Numbered from the stretch's first letter, positions 37,986-47,797 are shown. The stretch is DNA of 64,000 bases from Solirubrobacterales bacterium (GCA_033856415.1 JAWVFA010000045.1:33162-97161); one strand, 5' to 3'. The notes: generated from the letters alone by a model not told the origin. Translations and numbers: made by a program.

Positions 37986-38666
37986 TCAGTCCTCGAGGAG
38001 GAAATCGAATACCGCGTAGCCGACCAGGCCGAAGATCAGATCGTATAGACCGAGGACCATCAGCCAGGTGCCGAAGCGGTCGTAAGAGGGGCCGCCCAGG
38101 GAAAGCAGCGGCTCGGTGGCGCCGGTCGCGGCGATCATCAGCGGCACCGCGAGGGGCAGGAGGACGAGCGGGACCAGCAGGTCGCGGGCGCGCGAGTTGA
38201 CCGCCATCGAGGAGATCAGCGTGCCGGTGGCGGCGAGGCCGAGGTCGGCGAGCAGGAGGACCGCGACCAGCGGCCCGAGCCCGGCGGCGTCGTCGAGGAA
38301 GAAGATCGCGAAGATCGGCACGGCGACCAGCTCCAGCGCCAGCAGGTAGACGACGAGGGCCGCGACCTTGGCCGCGAAGAGAACGGTGCGGTCGATCGGG
38401 GCGAGGCGGATCGCGTCGAAACCGCCCTCCTCGCGCTCGGCGACGAAGAGGCGGTTGATGCCGAGCACCGCGGCGAAGAGCAGCGTCGCCCAGAGCACCC
38501 CGGAGGCGAGGCTGCCGGAGAGGCTGGTGCGGTCGAGGCCGAAGCGGAAGACGACGAAGGTGGTGACGGCGAAGAGCGCCATTGCCGGCAGGGATTGCAG
38601 GGTGCGGAGCTCCGAGCGGAGATCCTTGGCGAGGATCGCCGCGAAGGCGGCGCGGGAGGGGGTCAC
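37986..38666 (-). CDS. ccmB: Heme exporter protein B
   Basis: 226-aa polytopic protein between ccmA and ccmC. Has the FxxDxxDGSL-like segment (EREEGGFDAIRLAP). Confidence 0.8.
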   Translation of the reverse strand: MTPSRAAFAAILAKDLRSELRTLQSLPAMALFAVTTFVVFRFGLDRTSLSGSLASGVLWATLLFAAVLGINRLFVAEREEGGFDAIRLAPIDRTVLFAAKVAALVVYLLALELVAVPIFAIFFLDDAAGLGPLVAVLLLADLGLAATGTLISSMAVNSRARDLLVPLVLLPLAVPLMIAATGATEPLLSLGGPSYDRFGTWLMVLGLYDLIFGLVGYAVFDFLLED

Positions 38667-39373
38667 GAGACCACCGCCGCCTCGCCGATCCCGAGTCGCA
38701 AGACCTGGTCGGCCTCCGGAACGTGGCGCTCGGGGTCGTGGGTGACGACCACTCGGGTGCGCCCGGCGCCGGCGCCGATCAGCTCGCGCGCCCGCTCGCG
38801 TCCCTCGGCGTCGAGGTTGGAGTCGGGCTCGTCGAGCAGCACCAGCTCGGGCTGGTGGAGGACGCAGCGGCAGATCGAGAGCCGCTGGCGCATCCCGGCA
38901 GAGAGCTCGGCGACCCGCTCGTCGGCGCGGCGCTCCATCCCGACCGCTCGCAGCAGCCCCTCGATCCGCGTCTCGGCCGTGTCCCGCTCGATCCCATATA
39001 GCCGCGCCTGGAACCGCAGGTTCTCGCGGCCGCTGAGGTCGCGGTAGAGGAGCGGCTCGTGGCCGAGGTAGCCGATCCGACCGCGCAGTTTCCAGGCTTC
39101 ACCTGGCAGCGAGCAGCCGAGCACGGACACCTCGCCGCCGCTCGGCCGCAGCAGCGTCGCCAGGATCCGCAGGAGAGTCGTCTTCCCGGCGCCGTTAGGG
39201 CCGAGGACGACCAGCGATGATCCCGCCGGCAGCTCGAAGCCGACGCCGTCGAGGGCGGGACGGTCGCCATAGTCGCGCCGCAGCCCGGCGACGGCGATCG
39301 CGGGCCCGGCCTTCTCCTGCGCGAGGGGCATTGAGGGGGATTCTGAACCGTCCCGGTTGGATCGCGGGTTCAT
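38663..39373 (-). CDS. ccmA: Heme exporter ABC ATPase
   Basis: Walker A is GPNGAGKTT, the signature is LSAGMRQR, and Walker B is LVLLDEP. It overlaps ccmB by 4 nt. Confidence 0.85.
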   Translation of the reverse strand: MNPRSNRDGSESPSMPLAQEKAGPAIAVAGLRRDYGDRPALDGVGFELPAGSSLVVLGPNGAGKTTLLRILATLLRPSGGEVSVLGCSLPGEAWKLRGRIGYLGHEPLLYRDLSGRENLRFQARLYGIERDTAETRIEGLLRAVGMERRADERVAELSAGMRQRLSICRCVLHQPELVLLDEPDSNLDAEGRERARELIGAGAGRTRVVVTHDPERHVPEADQVLRLGIGEAAVVS

Positions 39374-39430
39374 CGCGTAGGCTGCCGCGGCAATTTCGCC
39401 TGGGGCGGAAGCCCCTCACAAGGAGGATCG

Positions 39431-39577
39431 ATGAGAAGAACCAGTCAGGTGGCCGCGCTCGCCGCTGCCATTGCCGCAGCGGCGGCATCCGCCGTCACCG
39501 CCGACGGGCCCGGTGAGACCGTGAAGGTCAAATCGACGGTCACGATCGGCGCGACCGGCTACCTCGCCGGCGGCTGA
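39431..39577 (+). CDS. Unannotated small ORF (48 aa) with a Sec-type signal peptide
   Basis: AAGGAGG lies 5 nt upstream of the ATG. The product is MRRTSQVAALAAAIAAAAASAVTA/DGPGETVKVKSTVTIGATGYLAGG. It is below the 60-aa cut-off of the ORF track. Confidence 0.4.
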   Translation: MRRTSQVAALAAAIAAAAASAVTADGPGETVKVKSTVTIGATGYLAGG

Positions 39578-39588
39578 ATCTCGGCGGG

Positions 39589-41190
39589 CTAGCGACGCTT
39601 CTGCAGGGTGCGGCGCCCGACCTTCAACAACGGGCCCGCGCCCTCGCGCAGCGCTTTGGCGCGGACCTCGCCCTTGCCGTAGAGGATCTTCGCCGAGGCT
39701 TTGACAGCCTCGCCCAGAGTCTGGTCGTAGGGGTGCCACCAGAAATCGCGGGTGAGGCCCGGCTCCCAGGCGTTCATCTTGATGTTGACGCACTCGTAGA
39801 AGCCGAATTTGGAGTGCGAGCGGCCGAGGCCGGAGTCCTTGACCCCGCCCCAGGCGCACTGGCAGGCGCCGTGGCTGAAGGAGTGGTCGTTGACCCAGAC
39901 CATCCCCGACTCGATGCGGCGGGCGATGCGGGCGCCCCGCTGGCGGTCCTTGGTCCAGACCGAGGCGCCGAGGCCGAACTCGGAGTCGTTGGCGAGGTCG
40001 ATCGCCTCCTGCTCGGAGTCGACGACGACGATCGGCAGGACGGGGCCGAAGATCTCCTCGCGCATGATCCGCATCTCGTGGGTGACCCCGGTGAGGACGG
40101 TCGGGGCGACGAACTTGCCGGACAGGCCGGGAACGTCGGTCGGGCCGCCGCAGCGCTTGGTTGCGCCGGCGGCAACCGAGTCCTCGATCAGGTCGCAGAC
40201 GATCTCGTACTGGTCGTCTGAGGTCATCGGCCCGATCGCCGTGTCCCAGTCGAGTGGGTTCCCCAGCGCCAGCTTCTCGGCCTCGCGGACGACGCCCTCG
40301 ACGAAGCGGTCGGCGACGTCGCGCATCACGTAGACACGCTCGATCCCCGAGCAGGTCTGGCCGGCGTTGGCGAAACCGCCCCATACCGCGCCGGAGATCG
40401 CGTTGTCGAGGTCCGCGTCTGAGCAGACGATCATCGGGTCCTTGCCGCCGAGCTCGAGGACCGAGCCCTTGAGGTCCGCGGCGCAGACCTCGCCGACCTT
40501 GCGGCCGACGTCGACCGAGCCGGTGAAAAAGACCTTGCCGACGCTGGAGCGGCAGAGAGCGTCGCCGATCCGCCCGCCGCCATGGACGACGCGGATCAGG
40601 CCCTCGGGCAGGCCGCCCTTCTCGAACACCTGGCGGATCCGCTCGCCGAGCAGCGGCGTCAGGCTGGCCGGCTTGAGGACCACCCCGTTGCCCGCCATCA
40701 GCGCGATCGCAACCTCGCCGAAGGGAATCGACCACGGGTAGTTCCATGGCGCGATTACGCCGACGACGCCGATCGGCTCGTAGGAGAAGCGGCCTTTCTT
40801 GGAGAGGGTGAAGGCCTGGTTCATCGGCACCTTCTCGTCAGCGAGGATCTTCGGCCCCGCCTTCGCGCACCAGTGCAGCGCGTCGACCGTCGGCAGCAGC
40901 TCCATCGTGTAGGCCTCGGTCAGCGGCTTGCCCTGCTCTTCGCTCAGCAGCTTGGCGATCTCGTCGATGTCGTCGAGCAGCGCGTCCGCGGCGCGCTTCA
41001 TGTAGCTCGCCCGCGTCTTCGCCGGCAGCTCGGCCCAAGCGGGCTGGATCCGGGCCACGTCGTCGACCACTCCCTGCACTTCCTCGGGGACGATCGTCGG
41101 CACCGTGCCGATCGGCTCGCCGGTCGCCGTGTTGAACGACTCCAGGGTCGAAGTGGGCTGGGACGTCTGAACTGCCGTTGCGCTCTCCAT
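39589..41190 (-). CDS. NAD(P)-dependent aldehyde dehydrogenase
   Basis: 533 aa with VVGVIAPWNYP, the catalytic region GQTCSGIERVYV, and the EEIFGPVLP motif. Confidence 0.9.
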   Translation of the reverse strand: MESATAVQTSQPTSTLESFNTATGEPIGTVPTIVPEEVQGVVDDVARIQPAWAELPAKTRASYMKRAADALLDDIDEIAKLLSEEQGKPLTEAYTMELLPTVDALHWCAKAGPKILADEKVPMNQAFTLSKKGRFSYEPIGVVGVIAPWNYPWSIPFGEVAIALMAGNGVVLKPASLTPLLGERIRQVFEKGGLPEGLIRVVHGGGRIGDALCRSSVGKVFFTGSVDVGRKVGEVCAADLKGSVLELGGKDPMIVCSDADLDNAISGAVWGGFANAGQTCSGIERVYVMRDVADRFVEGVVREAEKLALGNPLDWDTAIGPMTSDDQYEIVCDLIEDSVAAGATKRCGGPTDVPGLSGKFVAPTVLTGVTHEMRIMREEIFGPVLPIVVVDSEQEAIDLANDSEFGLGASVWTKDRQRGARIARRIESGMVWVNDHSFSHGACQCAWGGVKDSGLGRSHSKFGFYECVNIKMNAWEPGLTRDFWWHPYDQTLGEAVKASAKILYGKGEVRAKALREGAGPLLKVGRRTLQKRR

Positions 41191-42536
41191 ACTCCGATTC
41201 TACGGTGGCCGATCAACTCTTCGATACGGGCGAGGCGGGGACGCCGGAGCCGCAGGGACCGCCGCCGGGTGCCCCGCTTGCCGTTCGCATGCGCCCCCGC
41301 ACGCTCGACGAGATGATCGGGCAGGAGCACGTCCTCGGCGAGGGCTCGGCGCTGCGCAGCGCGATCGAGAGCGGAAAGCCCCACAGCGCGATCCTCTACG
41401 GGCCGCCCGGGGCGGGGAAGACGACGCTGGCGCGGATCGCCGCGGCGGGGGCGGAAGGCGCCTTCGAGGAGGAGTCGGCGGTCAACGCCGGCAAAGCCGA
41501 GATCCGGGCGGTGATCGAGCGGGCGCGTGAGCGGCGGCGGGCAAACGGCCGCCCGACGATCCTCTTCCTCGACGAGATCCACCGCTTCAACAAGGCCCAG
41601 CAGGATGCGCTGCTGCCGGCGGTCGAGGAAGGGCTGCTGACGCTGATCGGGGCGACCACCGAGAACCCCTACTTCGAGGTCAACTCGGCCTTGCTCTCAC
41701 GGGCGCAGATCTACGAGCTGCGGCCCCTGGAGCCGGCCCAGGTGGAAGAGCTGCTGCGGCGGGCGCTGGCCGACCCCGATCGGGGCATCGCCGACCCGCC
41801 GACCGTTACCCCCGAGGCGCTGGAGATGCTGGCGACGCGGAGCGGCGGCGACGCCCGGGTCGCGCTCTCGGCGCTGGAGCGGTCGGTCGAGCGAGCCGAC
41901 GGCGAGGTCGGCGTTGCAGCGGTCGAGGACGCACTGCAGCGCAAGGCGATCGACTACGACCGCCAGGGCGACCGCCATTACGACTTCGTCTCCGCCTGGA
42001 TCAAGGCGACCCGCGGCTCCGACGTCGACGCTTCGCTCTACTACCTGGCCGTGATGCTCGAGGGCGGCGAGGACCCGCGCTTCATCGCCAGGCGGATGGT
42101 GATCCTCGCCTCAGAGGACGTCGGCAACGCCGACCCGCAGGCGCTGCTCGTCACCGACGCCGCCGCCCGGGCGGTCGATCGCGTCGGCTTGCCCGAGTGC
42201 GCCCTCAACCTCGCCCAGGCGACCGTCTACCTCGCCTTGGCGCCGAAGTCCAATGCCTCCTACAGAGCCCTCTCCGCGGCACGCGCCGAGGTCCGCGCCA
42301 ACGGGGCCAAGACCCCGCCCGACAACCTGCGCGACGCGCACTACCCGGGTGCCGCCGCGCTCGGGCGCGGCGAGGGATACCGCTACGCCCACGACGAGCC
42401 GGAAGCAGTCGGCGACCAGCCGCTGATGCCGGAGGAGCTACGCGGCCGCCGCTTCTACGAGCCGACCGACCGGGGCTTCGAGCAGACCCTTGCCGAGCGG
42501 CTCGCGGCGTTAAGGGAAAAATTAGACAGCACGTAA
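41178..42536 (+). CDS. rarA: Replication-associated recombination protein A (MgsA/RarA AAA+ ATPase)
   Basis: [18 protein letters not shown]...[13 protein letters not shown]...[15 protein letters not shown]...YDFVSAWIK. The start is TTG 41178 or GTG 41205. Confidence 0.9.
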   Translation: MRSPYSDSTVADQLFDTGEAGTPEPQGPPPGAPLAVRMRPRTLDEMIGQEHVLGEGSALRSAIESGKPHSAILYGPPGAGKTTLARIAAAGAEGAFEEESAVNAGKAEIRAVIERARERRRANGRPTILFLDEIHRFNKAQQDALLPAVEEGLLTLIGATTENPYFEVNSALLSRAQIYELRPLEPAQVEELLRRALADPDRGIADPPTVTPEALEMLATRSGGDARVALSALERSVERADGEVGVAAVEDALQRKAIDYDRQGDRHYDFVSAWIKATRGSDVDASLYYLAVMLEGGEDPRFIARRMVILASEDVGNADPQALLVTDAAARAVDRVGLPECALNLAQATVYLALAPKSNASYRALSAARAEVRANGAKTPPDNLRDAHYPGAAALGRGEGYRYAHDEPEAVGDQPLMPEELRGRRFYEPTDRGFEQTLAERLAALREKLDST

Positions 42537-42612
42537 AACCAGCGCGCAACTTCCCGGTCCGCATGGGGTTTCTAGGGGCGGCTCACCAAGCTAAGCCAGG
42601 GAGAGCCGACAT

Positions 42613-42655
42613 CCGGCCGGAGGCCTGGACTGGGGGGCTCCGGCCGGACCTTTAA
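42613..42655 (+). terminator. GC hairpin downstream of rarA
   Basis: CCGGCCGGAG, 15-nt loop, CTCCGGCCGG, followed by ACCTTTAAAT. Confidence 0.4.
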
Positions 42656-42666
42656 ATAGGGGGAAC

Positions 42667-42708
42667 GAGGGCGTCGAGAGGACTGGGCTCGACGCCCTCC
42701 ATTTGTTT
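42667..42708 (+). terminator. Rho-independent terminator candidate downstream of rarA
   Basis: 12-bp perfect stem GAGGGCGTCGAG/CTCGACGCCCTC followed by CATTTGTTTGG. Confidence 0.55.
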
Positions 42709-42719
42709 GGCGTTCGTCC

Positions 42720-43574
42720 TTGGGACGGATATGCCGGTCCAGGGACGAACACCGGATCGCCTATCTTGGGTTGGTGGCCTCCGAGCAGTCGCAAAAGCTC
42801 CGCCTCGGCGGGATGGCGCTCCGCAACGGTCTGCTGATCCACGGCCCGACCCACTGGGCGGCGGCGGTGCGGACCAAGGACGGATCGCTCGAAGTCGCCT
42901 CCGAGCGCAAGCCGGAGCTGGCGCCGGGCCTCGTCGCGAAACTGCCCGGCATGCGCGGCCCGGTGAAACTGGCCGAGGCGCTGTTGGTCCTGCCCCTCGT
43001 CCGGCGGCGCATGCCGGCGGCGCGGCTGCCGTTCGAGGACGCCCGTGTCCTAGCCGCGGTTGCGGCGACCCTCGCCACCACCTCGCTGCTGCGCCGGCGG
43101 GTGCGAGCCGGCGCGCTGCGGGAGGGCATCGCGCAGGCGATCGGCGCCGTGCCGGCGCTGGTGGCGCTGAGCGACCGCGACCTCGCCGCCTACCACGGCG
43201 TCGAGCACAAGGCGATCGCCGCTTACGAGCGCGGTACCGACGACGTCGCCGCGGTGCCGAAGGAGCACGACCGCTGCGGTTCCAACCTGATCGTGCCGAT
43301 GATGATGCTCTCGGCCGGTGGCACGCTTCTGCTGGAGCGGATCGTCGAGAGCCCGAGCCCCGCTGCGCGGGCAGGCGTCGGCCTCGGTGGCGCTTCCTTA
43401 GCCGTCGAGATGTTCGCCTGGAGCGACCGCCACCACGGCGAGCCGCTCGCCGAGGCCTTCCACACCCCCGGCCGCGAGATCCAGCGCCTGGTCGCGACCA
43501 AGGAGCCGACGCCCGAGCAGCTCGAGGTCGGGGTCGCCGCCCTGGAGGAGATCCTTCGGGCCGAGGCCGCATAG
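42720..43574 (+). CDS. DUF1385-family protein
   Basis: LGGMALRNGLLIHGP...YHGVEHKAIAAYE...EHDRCGSNL is the conserved DUF1385 pattern (GG.A...GV......YHGAEHK...HPRCGT). Confidence 0.75.
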   Translation: MGRICRSRDEHRIAYLGLVASEQSQKLRLGGMALRNGLLIHGPTHWAAAVRTKDGSLEVASERKPELAPGLVAKLPGMRGPVKLAEALLVLPLVRRRMPAARLPFEDARVLAAVAATLATTSLLRRRVRAGALREGIAQAIGAVPALVALSDRDLAAYHGVEHKAIAAYERGTDDVAAVPKEHDRCGSNLIVPMMMLSAGGTLLLERIVESPSPAARAGVGLGGASLAVEMFAWSDRHHGEPLAEAFHTPGREIQRLVATKEPTPEQLEVGVAALEEILRAEAA

Positions 43575-43585
43575 ACTTCGCGCCC

Positions 43586-43996
43586 TTGTTCGGAAGGATC
43601 GACCACATCGGAGTCGCCGTCGAGGACATCGACGCCGCGATCGCCCTCTACCGCGACGGCTTCGAGATGGAGCTGGCCCACCGCGAGACGGTGGAGTCCC
43701 AGGGGGTCGAGGCGGTCCTGCTCGACGTCGGCGACGGGCACGTCGAGCTGCTGGCGCCGCTGGGCCCGGACACGCCCGTCGGCAAGTACATGGCGAAGAA
43801 CGGAGCGGGCCTGCACCACGTCGCCTACGCGGTCGACGACATCGACGCGGCCCTGGTGAGCATCGCCGCCGCCGGCATCGGGCTGATCGACTCCGAGCCG
43901 CGGGTCGGGATCCGCGGCAGTCGCGTCGCCTTCCTTCACCCTCGCTCCACCGGCGGGGTACTGACCGAGATCGTCGAACCCGCGGGAGGGCACTGA
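43586..43996 (+). CDS. mce: Methylmalonyl-CoA epimerase (VOC superfamily)
   Basis: IDHIGVAVEDIDAAIALY...VELLAPLGPDTPVGKYMAKNGAGLHHVAY...FLHPRSTGGVLTEIVE. I chose the TTG start at 43586. Confidence 0.85.
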   Translation: MFGRIDHIGVAVEDIDAAIALYRDGFEMELAHRETVESQGVEAVLLDVGDGHVELLAPLGPDTPVGKYMAKNGAGLHHVAYAVDDIDAALVSIAAAGIGLIDSEPRVGIRGSRVAFLHPRSTGGVLTEIVEPAGGH

Positions 43997-44217
43997 TGGC
44001 TGAGGCGCAACGAGTCGAGATCGGCTTCGAGGGCGGCCAGGTGATCTCCACCCGGCTCGGCGACGAGGACCTGAAGGACCTCCGCGCCCGGCTCGAGCAG
44101 GGCGGCTGGCACGACCTCCACACCGAGGAGGGGACGATCGCCCTCTACCTCGGCAAGGTCCAGTTCCTCCGAATCGGGTCCGGCGAGCACCGGGTCGGCT
44201 TCGGCCTCGGCGCCTAG
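43996..44217 (+). CDS. Small conserved protein, DUF3107-like
   Basis: 73 aa. The ATG overlaps the mce stop (TGATG). The pattern (VEIGFEGGQVIS...LYLGKVQFLRIG) is reminiscent of actinobacterial DUF3107. Confidence 0.45.
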   Translation: MAEAQRVEIGFEGGQVISTRLGDEDLKDLRARLEQGGWHDLHTEEGTIALYLGKVQFLRIGSGEHRVGFGLGA

Positions 44218-44221
44218 GCCG

Positions 44222-44833
44222 ATGCGCCCGCGACACCTACTCGGGGCGGCCGCGGCGGCGACGCTGGCGGCAGCGCTCTGGTGGCGCAAGAACCCCTCTG
44301 CCTGCCCTTACGGACAGCGGTTCTGGGTCGAAGCCCCGCACCCGATCATCACCCGCGAGCGGCTGCGCTCGGTGCTGCGCCCGCAACCGGGCGAGCGCCT
44401 GCTGGAGATCGGCGTCGGCACCGGCTACTACAGCTGCGACCTCGCCGAATGGGTCGCTCCCGGAGGGACCCTGGAGCTGTTCGACCTGCAGCAGGAGTTC
44501 CTCGACCACGTGATGAGCGCCGCCGGCGAGCGCGGGCTCTCCAATCTGGTGCCGACCCAGGGCGACGCGACGCGACTCCCCTATGAAGGTGGCTCCGTCG
44601 ACGGCGTCGTCCTCACCGCGGTGCTCGGTGAGATCCCGGACACCGGTGCGGCGCTGCGCGAGATCCGCCGCGTCCTCAAGCCCGGCGGCCGGCTCGTCGT
44701 CGGCGAGCTCTTTGGCGATCCCCACTTCACCACCCGCGCCAGCCTGGAGCGGATGGGAGCGGAAGCCGGCCTAACTGTGGGAGAGCGATCGGGCAACTGG
44801 TTCGGTTACTTCGCGCGCCTCGACCCCAGCTGA
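44222..44833 (+). CDS. Class I SAM-dependent methyltransferase
   Basis: Motif I is LLEIGVGTGYY, and post-I/II motifs are present (LELFDLQ, LKPGGRLVV). Confidence 0.8.
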   Translation: MRPRHLLGAAAAATLAAALWWRKNPSACPYGQRFWVEAPHPIITRERLRSVLRPQPGERLLEIGVGTGYYSCDLAEWVAPGGTLELFDLQQEFLDHVMSAAGERGLSNLVPTQGDATRLPYEGGSVDGVVLTAVLGEIPDTGAALREIRRVLKPGGRLVVGELFGDPHFTTRASLERMGAEAGLTVGERSGNWFGYFARLDPS

Positions 44834-46395
44834 AGCCGGTCGTGCCAGAGCGCCGTGCGCGCGGCGTTGCCTCCGGGTCCCCCGTGCAACCCGCCGCCGG
44901 GATGGGCTGAGGAGGAGGCGAGGTAGAGGCCCCGGATCGGCGTCGTCGGCCGGCCAAGACCGGGGAAGGGACGGAAGATCGCCTGCTGGTAGAGCTGGGC
45001 GGTGCCGCCGTTGATTGCGCCGCCGACCAGGTTGCGGTTGTGGCGCTCGAGGTAGAGCGGCGTCTGGACCTGGCGCTTGAGGATCCGCTGGCGGAAGCCT
45101 GGCGCCAGCCGCTCGACCTCTTCCTCCATGCGGTCGGCAAAGCGCTCGCCCTCCTCCTCGCGGCTCCAGTCGCCGCTGAGCTCTCCGGCGGCGTCCCGGA
45201 CCGGGTTCTGCGGCACGTGGGTGTAAGCCCAGGCGGTCTCGGTGCCCTCGGGGCAGCGAGAGGGGTCGACCATCGAGTACTGGCCGAGGACGAGGAAGGG
45301 CCGGTCGGGGATCGCACTCGCCGCCAGCTGGGTCGTCGCCTGGGTCAGCCCGTCCATGCCTTCGGCGACGTGGACCGTGCTCGCCCGCCGGGCGTCGGCG
45401 GCGCTCCAGGGGATCGGCTCGCGCAGGGCCCAGTTCACCTTGAAGGTCGAGTTGTCGTACTGGTAGCGGCGGCCGACCGCGTCGCGGATCCGCTCCGGGA
45501 CCAACTCCGGCGGCAGCATCTTCAGGAACAGCGCCGGCGCGCCGCAGTCGGCGAGGATCGCCCGCCGCGCCTCGAAGCGCCGGCCGTCGGCTGCGAGGGC
45601 GGCCCGGGCGCGCCGCCCCCGTACCTCGATCCGCTCGATCGGCGTCCCGCAGATCACCTCGCCGCCGCGCTCGCCCAACCGCTGCACTAACGCGCGGGTG
45701 ATTTCGCCCGCTCCCCCCTCCGGCACCGGGTAGCCGTGCTGCTGCCCCAGCCCGCAGAGAATCCAGCCGAACATGCCGCCGCCCGAGCTCTCCGGGGTCA
45801 GGTCGGCGTGCAGGGCGTTGCCGGCGATCAACCAGCCGCCCCCCTCGCCGCGGAAGCTCTCCTCCGCCATCCGCCGCGCCGGTAGCAGCGAGAAGCGGGC
45901 GAAGTCGGCGAGCCCGCGCGGGCCGAGCGCGCTCAGCATCCCGGCCGCCGGCCGAATCGGCGGCAACGGCGTCAGCAGCGCGCCGACCAGGTGCGGCCCG
46001 ACCCGGCGCCAGAGGTCGAAGAGTCGGCGCCAGGCATCGCCGTCCCCCGGCGCGAAGGCATCGAGTGAGGCGCAGGTCTCCTCCAGGTCCATCGAGAGCA
46101 GGGCGCAGCGTCCGTCGGGGTGGGGATGGGCGACGACGCCGCGGGAGCTGAGCCAGTTGACGCCGTAGCCCTCGAGTTCGAGCGGAGCGATATGGCGGGA
46201 GGCGAGGGTGAGCGGGTAGAAGGCGCTGTAGAGGTCGTGGACGAAGCCCTGCTCCGTAACTTCGCCGCTGCGGACGGCGCCCCCCGGTTCCGGCTGCTCC
46301 TCGCAGACGACCACCTTCCAGCCGCGGTCGGCAAGGTGGTTTGCCGCCACCAGGCCATTCGGCCCGGCGCCGATCACGACGGCGTCGGCGCGCAT
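44806..46395 (-). CDS. Phytoene-desaturase-family (CrtI-like) FAD/NAD(P)-dependent oxidoreductase
   Basis: N-terminal dinucleotide fold DAVVIGAGPNGLVAANHLADRGWKVVVCEEQPEPGG. Length is 529 aa. Confidence 0.8.
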   Translation of the reverse strand: MRADAVVIGAGPNGLVAANHLADRGWKVVVCEEQPEPGGAVRSGEVTEQGFVHDLYSAFYPLTLASRHIAPLELEGYGVNWLSSRGVVAHPHPDGRCALLSMDLEETCASLDAFAPGDGDAWRRLFDLWRRVGPHLVGALLTPLPPIRPAAGMLSALGPRGLADFARFSLLPARRMAEESFRGEGGGWLIAGNALHADLTPESSGGGMFGWILCGLGQQHGYPVPEGGAGEITRALVQRLGERGGEVICGTPIERIEVRGRRARAALAADGRRFEARRAILADCGAPALFLKMLPPELVPERIRDAVGRRYQYDNSTFKVNWALREPIPWSAADARRASTVHVAEGMDGLTQATTQLAASAIPDRPFLVLGQYSMVDPSRCPEGTETAWAYTHVPQNPVRDAAGELSGDWSREEEGERFADRMEEEVERLAPGFRQRILKRQVQTPLYLERHNRNLVGGAINGGTAQLYQQAIFRPFPGLGRPTTPIRGLYLASSSAHPGGGLHGGPGGNAARTALWHDRLQLGSRRAK

Positions 46396-46396
46396 C

Positions 46397-47797
46397 TCAG
46401 CCTCGCCCGATGGCGCGGCGCATCCCGTCCCAGGCGCCGAGCGCCTTGACCGCGACGCTGGGACGGCCGCCGAACCCGCCCTCGGTCTCCCCAGCGCCTT
46501 TTCCGCCCCGCAGGCCGCCCTCGCCCGCGGGGCGGTCGCCGGCGGTGTGCTCGAGCCGGGCCAGCGTCTGCATCGCCCGCTTCCCAGCGCTGCCGAAGAT
46601 GGAGTAGAAGAGGACCTGGGCCCGAGCGAGCCCTCCCGCGGTGAGTTCGTCGCGGGGGTGGCGAATCGTGCTCAGCACTGCCTCGGCGACGGACTGCGGC
46701 GAGTAGACGGCGGGGTGCGGGGGTTCAGGGGGCAGCAGCCCGGTCGAGCTTTCGAGGTTGTTCCAGAGCGGGGTGTCGACGGCGCCGGGGTTGACCAGGG
46801 ACAGCGTCACCGAGGAGCCGCCCTCCGCGAGCTCGATGCGGACGGTGTCGAGAAAGCCGACCAAGCCGTGCTTGGAGGCGGTGTAGGCGGCCATCCCGGG
46901 GAGGGGCATCCGGGCGGCGATCGAGCCGACCGCCACCACCGCGCCGCGCGAGCGCTCGAGGTGCGGGAGCGCCTCGCGGATCGTGGCGATCGTCCCTCCG
47001 AGCACCGTCTCGATCGTCGCCTCGAAGTCCGCGGCGTCGGTCTCGGTGAAACGACCGAAGGACAGGCTCGCCGCCGAGGTGACAAGGACGTCGAGCCCGC
47101 CCAGCTCCGCTACCGCCCTCTCCATCCCGGCGGCGAGCGCCTCGCGGTCGGTGACGTCGGCGGCGACGGTGACCGCTTCGGCCCCGTACTCGGCGAGCTC
47201 TCGTTTCGCCGCGCCAAGGCCGAGCTCGTTGCGCGCGAGGAGGGCGATCTCCGCACCTTCGCGCGCCAGCGCCTCGGCGACGGCGAGGCCGATACCGCTG
47301 CTGCCGCCGGTGATCAGGACCCGCTGCCCGGCGAGAGAGCGCTCGGCGATCGGGTCCCCCTCGGGCACTCCTTCCACAACCCGCTTCAGCCGTGCCAGCG
47401 CCTCGGCGTTGCGCAGTCGCAGGGCGGTGTCGGCAAGGGGGTTGCCGGCGACGAGGGAGGTGAGCCGGTCGCCCGGGACCTCCTCCATCGTCAGCTCGGT
47501 CCCGCCGGCGCTCCCCGCCAGGTCGATTGCGATCGTCGCCGTCCCCAGTGGCCGCGCCTTCGCCTTCAGCACGATCCGGCGAGGTGGCTCGATCTCCGTC
47601 ACCTCGGTGTGGTCCTTCAATCCCACCGGCCAGGATCCGACTTTGTGGTGGAAGCGCGAGCCAACTGCCGGGAAGTCCTCGTCGCTATCGCGAATTCCTG
47701 CCGCCCCGACCACCCATCGCGGGTAGCAATCCGGATTGGAGAGGACCGCGAAGACCTCCTGCGGCGAAGCGTGGATGTGGACTCGATTACGCGCCAT
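46397..47797 (-). CDS. SRPBCC (polyketide-cyclase-like) domain fused to a short-chain dehydrogenase/reductase
   Basis: The N-terminus IHASPQEVFAVLSNPDCYPRWV is SRPBCC-like. The SDR part has TGGSSGIG and YTASKHG (YxxxK). Confidence 0.8.
   Translation of the reverse strand: MARNRVHIHASPQEVFAVLSNPDCYPRWVVGAAGIRDSDEDFPAVGSRFHHKVGSWPVGLKDHTEVTEIEPPRRIVLKAKARPLGTATIAIDLAGSAGGTELTMEEVPGDRLTSLVAGNPLADTALRLRNAEALARLKRVVEGVPEGDPIAERSLAGQRVLITGGSSGIGLAVAEALAREGAEIALLARNELGLGAAKRELAEYGAEAVTVAADVTDREALAAGMERAVAELGGLDVLVTSAASLSFGRFTETDAADFEATIETVLGGTIATIREALPHLERSRGAVVAVGSIAARMPLPGMAAYTASKHGLVGFLDTVRIELAEGGSSVTLSLVNPGAVDTPLWNNLESSTGLLPPEPPHPAVYSPQSVAEAVLSTIRHPRDELTAGGLARAQVLFYSIFGSAGKRAMQTLARLEHTAGDRPAGEGGLRGGKGAGETEGGFGGRPSVAVKALGAWDGMRRAIGRG

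Noticed and set aside
42709-42760. Third hairpin after rarA (GTTCGTCC..GGGACGAAC), considered as a possible riboswitch or leader for the DUF1385 gene.
   Set aside because: The stem is imperfect and overlaps the predicted start region of the DUF1385 ORF. I recognise no riboswitch consensus.
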